A stretch of 64,000 nt of DNA, from positions 192,001 to 256,000 of the forward strand of contig JAWLHY010000010.1 of NCBI GenBank assembly GCA_041690135.1, written 5' to 3'. The notes below the pieces were generated by a model that was given only the letters and a program-made list of their open reading frames with translations, did no database searches and was not told the origin of the DNA. A program made the position numbers and the translations under genes. Shown piece by piece: positions 57,375 through 64,000 of the stretch. The stretch is from Armatimonadota bacterium (GTDB lineage: Bacteria > Armatimonadota > SYMT01). The first letter of the stretch is position 1; every line of letters begins with the position of its first letter.

Positions 57375-58444
57375 TCGCGTAACCCTTTCTCCAGGGAACC
57401 GGTGTGGGCCCGGCGGCATTCTTCCTTGGCCTGTTCTGGGATCTGCTCCGGCTGCAATTTCCAGCGGTTGTGCAGCCAGCACCAGAGCTCCGGCCGTTCG
57501 CGGATCTGAAGCTCTATAATCCGGGTGACCTCGGCGGTCAATCGCACGATGTCCGCATTTCGGTCGCCCGTCGACTCGGGATAGATGGGAGGCCACGCCT
57601 TCATCGTGTGTGTGCCGTCGGCCTCCCTCAAGCAGAATGTCGGCACGATGGCCGCTCCCGTCTTAAGCGCAAACACCGCCGGACCCGTGGCGGTGCTGGC
57701 GGGATAACCGTAGAACGGGACGAACACACCGCCCTCCGCCGTGTTCTGGTCGAGGACGATCGCCAGGATCTCGTTCCGACGGAGGGCTGCCAAACCCTGC
57801 CGCGCAGCCTGTCGCCGCGGGATTTGCCGAAGCCCGCAGCGGGTTCGGATCGCCTCGATCATCCGCTCCATGCCCGGGTCATCCGCAGTCCGGCTAACCC
57901 CGCTCACCTGGTAGCCGGCCCGTGCCAGGCGTGGCCCCATCATCTCCCAGTTGCCGTAATGGGCCGTGATCAGGAGCACTCCCTTGCCACGGGCAAAAGC
58001 TGCTTGGTAGTGTTCCTGCCCCTCGAACCGGACTTCCCGCTCCACTTCATCCATCGAGATGCGGGGTTGCCGCAGGAAGAACTCAATGAGGGTCACGCCG
58101 AGGTGCTCGAAGCTCGCGATCGCCAGCCGCAATCGCGCCTCCTCGCTCATGCAGTCCCCGTACGCCCGGTCGAGGTTGGCGAGCGCCACGCGCCGGTAGC
58201 GCCGCATCGTCCGATAGGTGATGCGGCCCAGCGCCCGCCCCAACGGAGCGAGAGCCGAGCGGGGGATGCACCGGCCGACGACGTTCAGCGTCCGGATCAG
58301 TTGACGGGTCAACCACCACTCCAGGGGCTTGCTCCAGCGACGCGGTTGCGCGGGAGCTTCCTTGAGTGATTTACCGCCGGCGCGCTGGGCGGGCGGGTCA
58401 GTTGGCTCCGGCGACCCGGGCGCGGAGGAGGGACTCGATGTCAT
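57353..58444 (-). CDS. lpxL: lipid A late acyltransferase (LpxL/HtrB family)
   Basis: AHYGNWE, LDQN, VPFYG, PELWCWLHNRWK motifs. Confidence 0.88.
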   Translation of the reverse strand: MTSSPSSAPGSPEPTDPPAQRAGGKSLKEAPAQPRRWSKPLEWWLTRQLIRTLNVVGRCIPRSALAPLGRALGRITYRTMRRYRRVALANLDRAYGDCMSEEARLRLAIASFEHLGVTLIEFFLRQPRISMDEVEREVRFEGQEHYQAAFARGKGVLLITAHYGNWEMMGPRLARAGYQVSGVSRTADDPGMERMIEAIRTRCGLRQIPRRQAARQGLAALRRNEILAIVLDQNTAEGGVFVPFYGYPASTATGPAVFALKTGAAIVPTFCLREADGTHTMKAWPPIYPESTGDRNADIVRLTAEVTRIIELQIRERPELWCWLHNRWKLQPEQIPEQAKEECRRAHTGSLEKGLRECSKPSD

Positions 58445-59525
58445 TCTGTCCACTCAAAAACTCTAGATCGATCTCAAGCACGCAACAGCGCGTGTTCGCA
58501 AACCAGGTTGGCGGTATCTTGACGGCATCCTTCTCGGTAGTGACCACCCCGGTCAATGCCTCGCGCTCCACTCGCCGGCAAAGCGCGCGGACGTCCTCTT
58601 CAGTGTAGGGATGGTGGTCCCGGAAACGCGCCGGGCTGATCTCTCCCGCCTGCAACTCCATCAGCGTCCGTTCGAACGACTCCGGCTGACCCAGGCTGGA
58701 GACCGCAAGCCAATGCCCTTTACGGAGTTCCTCCAGCGACACCCTTTCGCCCGTAGCATGGTCCCGCAGCGCCACCGGTACGTGCCGGGCCTCGGCGACG
58801 ACCAGCCGGGGATTGCGTCGCCGGAGTTCGTTTCGCAATTTCTCCCTTGCTTCCGCGTCGATCCAGCCGGCGTGCGTGACGACGACCGCGTCCGCGCGCC
58901 GGAGGGCGCCGGGCGACTCGCGCAGCATGCCACGCGGGAGGAGGCGCCCGTAGCCGAAGGGGTTCGCCCCGCTCATCAACACGATCTCCAGGTCCTTCCG
59001 CAGCCGCCAGTACTGAAAAGCATCGTCCAGCACGCAAACGTCTACCGCAAACTCACGGCAGGCCCGTTCACCACTCAACACCCGCTTCTTCCCAATGAGC
59101 ACCGGTACGCCCGGCAGCGACCGCGCCAGAAGCTGCGGTTCATCACCGCTTACCTCCACCGGTTCCCGGATTCCATCGGGTCCCGCCACCACGTGCACCG
59201 CGTCCGGGTCGCGACGTGTCCCCCCGGCGCGGTAACCATAACTCAGAACCGCGGGGCGGACCCCCCAGGCAGCCAGGCGCCGGATGAGCCAGCGGACAGT
59301 GGTGGTTTTTCCGGTGCCACCCACCGTCAAATTACCGACAGACACCACAGGGCACCGCAACGTATGGGTCTTGAGCATCCCCAGGTCGAAGCCCAGGCGG
59401 TAACCGGCGACCACGCCTCCATAAAGTCCGGACAGCACCGACAGCCCACTCCGAGCCGCCGGCGCCCACCACTGGCGGTTCGCGCCGGAGATCAACTCCC
59501 GCCACGATGTCTCAAAGTCGCTCAC
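58398..59525 (-). CDS. lpxK: tetraacyldisaccharide 4'-kinase
   Basis: SVGNLTVGGTGKT, GDEP, LDDAFQY, LLPRGMLRE, TTEKDAVK motifs. Confidence 0.96.
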   Translation of the reverse strand: MSDFETSWRELISGANRQWWAPAARSGLSVLSGLYGGVVAGYRLGFDLGMLKTHTLRCPVVSVGNLTVGGTGKTTTVRWLIRRLAAWGVRPAVLSYGYRAGGTRRDPDAVHVVAGPDGIREPVEVSGDEPQLLARSLPGVPVLIGKKRVLSGERACREFAVDVCVLDDAFQYWRLRKDLEIVLMSGANPFGYGRLLPRGMLRESPGALRRADAVVVTHAGWIDAEAREKLRNELRRRNPRLVVAEARHVPVALRDHATGERVSLEELRKGHWLAVSSLGQPESFERTLMELQAGEISPARFRDHHPYTEEDVRALCRRVEREALTGVVTTEKDAVKIPPTWFANTRCCVLEIDLEFLSGQNDIESLLRARVAGAN

Positions 59526-60553
59526 AGCAATCCCTGCACGGCGGTCAGGACACGCTCAGCGGAAAGCGCGCGCATGCAGTCCCAACGTCCACCGCAGGTC
59601 GGGTGACGGAGGCACGGGGAGCAGGTCATCGGCTCCCGGACCAACGTAAACCGTTCATAATCCTGGAACCCCGGCCACCAGGAGGCTCCGCAGACCCCCA
59701 CCGTCGGGGCGCCTACCGCGACCGCCATATGCATCAGTGCGGTGTCGACCGCCACCACCACTCGCGCACCTTCCAGGAGAGCCGCGGCGGATTTCATCGA
59801 AGTCTTTCCGGCCGCAATCGCGCACCCGCGCCGGCTTCCTTTCCGGATCTTCTCTGCCAATTCAGCGTCGCCCGCGGCGCCCATCACCACCGGAGTCAAC
59901 CCTAACCGCTCCTGGAGAAGGTCCGCCAATTCCGCCCAATTCTCCGCAAACCAATGCTTCTGCGCCCACGTGGTCGCCGGTACGAGACACGCGTAAGGCG
60001 CGCCCGCAGCCAACCCGATTTCGCCCAGCACCCGATGAGCCGCTTCCCGCTCCGCTTCCGACACGTGGACCACCATCCGCCGATCGGCGGTCGTGACCCC
60101 CAGGGGGGCCAACAGGTCGAGGCAACGCTGCCGCGAGCTCAGATCCGTCTCGCTCCGTGGGACCCGCTGATGGTAAAGCAAGTGCGCCGACTCCTTGGCC
60201 CGCGTGTTCCCCACCACCAGCCGCGCGCCGGAGAGGCGTGCCAGTACCGCGCTCCGCAACAATCCCTGACAGTCGATGGCGCAATCGAACTTCCCGCTCC
60301 TGAGGCGCTTGCCGATTTCCAGCAACGACTTCAGCGGCAGGGCTCCCTTGGGACGATCCCACGCAATGACCTCGTTGAGGTACGGATTGCCTTCCAACAC
60401 TCCGGCGGCTCGGGTCTCCACGACCCACGCCAGGTGAGCGTTGGGAAACGCCGTCCGCAGCGCGCGTGTCACGGGGGTGGTCACCACCACATCCCCGATC
60501 GCGGAGAGCCGGATGACCAGTATCCGCTGTGGAGTTACCGCCGGCGCGCTCAC
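59522..60553 (-). CDS. glycosyltransferase family 9 (WaaC-like heptosyltransferase I)
   Basis: IRLSAIGDVV, DCQGLLRS, DTALMH; directly after waaA. Confidence 0.9.
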   Translation of the reverse strand: MSAPAVTPQRILVIRLSAIGDVVVTTPVTRALRTAFPNAHLAWVVETRAAGVLEGNPYLNEVIAWDRPKGALPLKSLLEIGKRLRSGKFDCAIDCQGLLRSAVLARLSGARLVVGNTRAKESAHLLYHQRVPRSETDLSSRQRCLDLLAPLGVTTADRRMVVHVSEAEREAAHRVLGEIGLAAGAPYACLVPATTWAQKHWFAENWAELADLLQERLGLTPVVMGAAGDAELAEKIRKGSRRGCAIAAGKTSMKSAAALLEGARVVVAVDTALMHMAVAVGAPTVGVCGASWWPGFQDYERFTLVREPMTCSPCLRHPTCGGRWDCMRALSAERVLTAVQGLL

Positions 60554-61932
60554 CTGGGCACCTCACCCGTCACGCCTAAGTGTTCGGTGCCGGGCCGAGA
60601 AATTCCGCCCGCGAGACGGCGTAAAAGGTTGGCACATTCTTGGGCGGCGCCTGTGTTTTGGAGCAGCAGCCGATCACCCGCCGACTGCATACCGGCCCGG
60701 CGACTGGGATCGGAAAGCAAGTCGATCACCGCATCCCCCAGGGCTGTCGCGTCGGACACAACCTCCACCGCGCCCGACTCGCGGGCCAGGCGCACCAGAT
60801 CGTGCTGGTTGTGGGTGTGGGGGCCGACCAGGGTGGGCCGCCGGAAGAATAACGGTTGCAGGATGTCGTGACCGCCGATCGGCACGAGACTTCCGCCCAC
60901 GAATACCACGTCCGCCGCAGCGTAGAGGCCCGCCAGTTCCCCCATGGTATCGAGCACCAGCACTTCCACCGGACCCAGGGCGGCTTCACTCCGGCGGCCC
61001 ACCTGCCACCCTTCCCCGCGCACCGCGTTCACGACCTCTTCCGTACGCTCGATGTGCCGGGGCACCAATAGCAGGCGGATCTGCGGGATAACTTTGCTCA
61101 CGCGCCGGAAGGCTTCGAGGACCTGAGCTTCCTCTCCCGGATGCGTACTGCCCGCCAGGAACAGGAGGTTGTGGCCGAGACGATCCGGCGCGGCTTCAGT
61201 CTCCGCCGCATCGCCCGAAATGAGACCCAGGCGCTCCCGCACCACCTGGAGAGCTTCCGCGGCCGGTTGGAGAACCGGCTGCTCGAACTTGACGTTGCCA
61301 ACGACACGGACGCGATCGGCCGGCGCCCCGAGAAACAGCGCCCGTTCGGCCGCCTGTTCGGTCTGCATCCAGAGGGCCTCGAGGCAGCCCAACGCCCACC
61401 GGTACAGAGGACGAGCCTTGCGGGCGCCGCGAAAGCCCTTATCCGCGAACTGCCCGTTAACCAGCGCGGTACGGATGCCCTGAACTCGGGCCAACCAGAG
61501 CCAATTCGGCCAGATCTCGGTTTCCACCGTCGCGACCACGGTCGGTCGTACCCGCGCCAGGGCCAACCCGGCGCAGGGGAGAAAGTCGAAGGGGAAGTAA
61601 AACCAGGCGGCCGCCTGCGGGAGAAGCCTGCGCGCCTGCTGCTGCCCGGCGGGGGTGGTGGTGGAGATAACAACTTCCACTTCCGAGTCCGCCTCTCGCA
61701 GGCGCCGGGCAATTGCGGCCGCGGCGACGACTTCTCCCGCCGAAACGGCGTGCAGCCAGACCCGGCCGGCGGTGGGGGGCGGACCCAGGGAGGGCGCCCA
61801 ACCCAACCGCTGCGGCAGGCCCTCGCGGGATTTGCCGCGGATGACGAGCCGGTAGGTGAGATAGACCAGCAGCAGCGGACTGGCCGCCAGCAACAAGAGG
61901 TTGTACAGGAACGGCATCACGACGGGCGTCAC
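60550..61932 (-). CDS. waaA: KDO transferase
   Basis: WLHAVSAGE, ETEIWPN, GNVKFE, AGSTHPGEE, VPRHIER, DTMGEL, GGSL motifs. Confidence 0.96.
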   Translation of the reverse strand: MTPVVMPFLYNLLLLAASPLLLVYLTYRLVIRGKSREGLPQRLGWAPSLGPPPTAGRVWLHAVSAGEVVAAAAIARRLREADSEVEVVISTTTPAGQQQARRLLPQAAAWFYFPFDFLPCAGLALARVRPTVVATVETEIWPNWLWLARVQGIRTALVNGQFADKGFRGARKARPLYRWALGCLEALWMQTEQAAERALFLGAPADRVRVVGNVKFEQPVLQPAAEALQVVRERLGLISGDAAETEAAPDRLGHNLLFLAGSTHPGEEAQVLEAFRRVSKVIPQIRLLLVPRHIERTEEVVNAVRGEGWQVGRRSEAALGPVEVLVLDTMGELAGLYAAADVVFVGGSLVPIGGHDILQPLFFRRPTLVGPHTHNQHDLVRLARESGAVEVVSDATALGDAVIDLLSDPSRRAGMQSAGDRLLLQNTGAAQECANLLRRLAGGISRPGTEHLGVTGEVPR

Positions 61933-63767
61933 TCGCGCGGGGCGCGGCCGTTGTCATCCCCTTCCCACCGGAACTGCGTGCGATAGAGGTCCGAGTAGAT
62001 GCCGCCCTTGGCGAGCAACTCGTCGTGCCTCCCCATTTCGACCAGGTGTCCTTCCTTGAGCACCAGGATCTTGTGGGCGTTCCGGATGGTCGTGAGGCGA
62101 TGCGCGATCACCAGCGTCGTACGATGCTTGGTAACCTTCTGGAGCGCATCCTGCACCAGCGCTTCTGACTGGGTATCCAGAGAAGAAGTAGCCTCATCGA
62201 GGATGAGAATGCGAGGATTTCGCAGCACGGCTCGCGCGATGGCGATGCGCTGCCGTTGGCCGCCGGAAAGCATCACCCCGCGCTCGCCGACCCGGGTTTC
62301 GAGCCCCTCCGGCAACCGTTCGATAAACTCCCAGGCGTTCGCCAGCTTTGCCGCCTCGATCAACTCTTCATCGGAAGCATTGAGACGTCCGTAGGCGATG
62401 TTCTCCCGCAAAGTGCCGGCGAACAGCATCGTGTCCTGCGGGACGATGCCGATCTGGTCGCGGAGCGAGGCCAGGGTACAGTCGCGCACGTCGACACCAT
62501 CGATGCGGATCGCGCCGTTGGTTACGTCGTAGAACCGTGGAATGAGAGCGGCGATCGTGGTCTTCCCCGCTCCCGTGGGCCCCACGATGGCGACGGTTTC
62601 GCCCGGCTGCATCTCAAAGGAGATTTCGGCCAGAACGGGAATGCCCCCCGTATAGGCGAACTCCACCTGCTCAAAAGTCACGTGCCCGGTCACGTCTTTG
62701 AGGGGAATGGCGTCCGGCTTTTCGGTGATCTCGCTCTTATGGGAGAGCACGGTAAAGATGCGGTCCGCCGCCACTCCCGCCGCCGCAAAACCGATGGAAA
62801 TACGCCCCGCTTCCTGCGCCGAGTTCGCAATCTGCTGAAGCACCAGCACGAACCAGGTCAGCGTTCCCAGCGTCAGGTTGCCCCAGCCCTTCACGATCTG
62901 GATGCCGCCCACCCAGAGGACCAGCATGATCGAGAGGGCACCCATCATCTCGATGCTGGGCTTCATCGCCAGGCGCACCCGGGCAGAGCGCATCATCCCG
63001 CGGAAGACGTTGTCGTTCGCCTTCTGGAAGCGGCGGATCTCATAGGCCTCGCGACCAAAGGCCCGGACCACGCGCCCGCCCGCCAGGGTTTCCTCGGCCA
63101 GGTCGATGACGTCGGCGCGCGAACCCTGGAGTTGCTCCGTGTACTGGCGCGTCTTGCGGGTGGCCCAGTTGATGACCAGCGCGACCGGGGGCAGGAGGAT
63201 GCAGGTGATCAGGGCCAGCGGCCAGTTCAAGTAGAAGAGCAGGCCCGTTCCCAGCACGATCATCACGGGCGCATAGATCGAATCCTGGATCGTTTCCAGA
63301 ATTCCGATCGCGACCGGCACGTCGCTGCTGATGGTGGCCATCAATTGACCGGTCTTGCGGTTATCGAAGTAGCTCTGACTCATGTGTTGGAGATGAGCGT
63401 AGAGATCATCGCGTAACCGCTGCGCCAGCTTCTGGGACGCGTAGGTCCAGGGGTAGTTCATGCAGAAATACACGCCCCCCTTGGCCACCATCCACACCAC
63501 TCCGAGGAAGGTGTACTTGTTCAACTCGTCCAGGCGGCCTTCGCCTCCGCTCTTGCTCAGCACATCCAGGAACATTTTGGCCAGACCGCCGTAACCCAGG
63601 TTGGCGACCGACCAGATGAGCGTGAAGAAGAAGGCGATGACCATCACCTTCCAGAGAGGGACCAAGTAAAGGAGTAACCGCCGGATCCCTTCCCAGGAAC
63701 CGAGCTCACCCCGAACGCGCTCCAGACCGCCTTTGTGACGGGTCCACGCCTTACCTTTTTTCTTCAC
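61929..63767 (-). CDS. msbA: lipid A/core ABC exporter, MsbA-like
   Basis: Six-TM domain plus GPTGAGKT, LSGGQRQR and ILDEATS; LPS context. Confidence 0.85.
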   Translation of the reverse strand: MKKKGKAWTRHKGGLERVRGELGSWEGIRRLLLYLVPLWKVMVIAFFFTLIWSVANLGYGGLAKMFLDVLSKSGGEGRLDELNKYTFLGVVWMVAKGGVYFCMNYPWTYASQKLAQRLRDDLYAHLQHMSQSYFDNRKTGQLMATISSDVPVAIGILETIQDSIYAPVMIVLGTGLLFYLNWPLALITCILLPPVALVINWATRKTRQYTEQLQGSRADVIDLAEETLAGGRVVRAFGREAYEIRRFQKANDNVFRGMMRSARVRLAMKPSIEMMGALSIMLVLWVGGIQIVKGWGNLTLGTLTWFVLVLQQIANSAQEAGRISIGFAAAGVAADRIFTVLSHKSEITEKPDAIPLKDVTGHVTFEQVEFAYTGGIPVLAEISFEMQPGETVAIVGPTGAGKTTIAALIPRFYDVTNGAIRIDGVDVRDCTLASLRDQIGIVPQDTMLFAGTLRENIAYGRLNASDEELIEAAKLANAWEFIERLPEGLETRVGERGVMLSGGQRQRIAIARAVLRNPRILILDEATSSLDTQSEALVQDALQKVTKHRTTLVIAHRLTTIRNAHKILVLKEGHLVEMGRHDELLAKGGIYSDLYRTQFRWEGDDNGRAPRE

Positions 63768-63813
63768 GGCACACGATCCATTTCCAGCGGGTAGCAGGTG
63801 GCAGCGAGCGTTC

Positions 63814-63999
63814 CTAGAGTTGCCAGAACATCTTCACCACGAAGATGCTGGAGAGCACGATCACCCAGATGATGTTCACGTACTCTTTATTGGCGCGCAC
63901 CTGTTTCCAGTCGAAGCGGCCGCGCCCTTGTTCCGGGCGCTGAAGGCGGGGAATGAACCGGGGGACACGGCGACAGTAGGCCGCATACCGTTCGCCGAA
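63814..63999 (-). CDS. ICMT/PEMT family membrane methyltransferase, C-terminal fragment
   Basis: Manual translation FGERYAAYCRRVPRFIPRL...WKQVRANKEY...TM...stop matches the ICMT C-terminal FGxxYxxYxxxVPRFIP motif. Confidence 0.8.
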   Translation of the reverse strand, partial: FGERYAAYCRRVPRFIPRLQRPEQGRGRFDWKQVRANKEYVNIIWVIVLSSIFVVKMFWQL

Positions 64000-64000
64000 C

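Overview
GC-rich bacterial chromosomal window with no CRISPR array, prophage or transposase. Firmicute-like gene order (radical SAM pair-rne-rplU-rpmA-obgE-proB) together with a large lipid A/Kdo/core LPS cluster suggests a diderm Terrabacterium such as Armatimonadota; this is inference only. From left to right: a housekeeping block; secreted and ankyrin proteins; a small polysaccharide operon; a nine-repeat Ca-binding secreted protein; a thrC-like/ThiS-MoaD/NIL sulfur operon divergent from a trans-sulfuration enzyme; tRNA-Glu(CTC); an S1/P1-type nuclease gene broken by an in-frame TAG; a TPR gene followed by two membrane FHA genes; a possible ~300-nt rod-like RNA; and a ~24-kb LPS cluster. 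The most notable items are non-canonical genes in the LPS cluster (two duplicated sulfatase-fold enzymes with Thr at the nucleophile position, an ICMT/LmtA-like methyltransferase, a membrane SAM-dependent protein), the sulfur-carrier operon and the candidate structured RNA. Start codons were refined by eye and no database searches were run.
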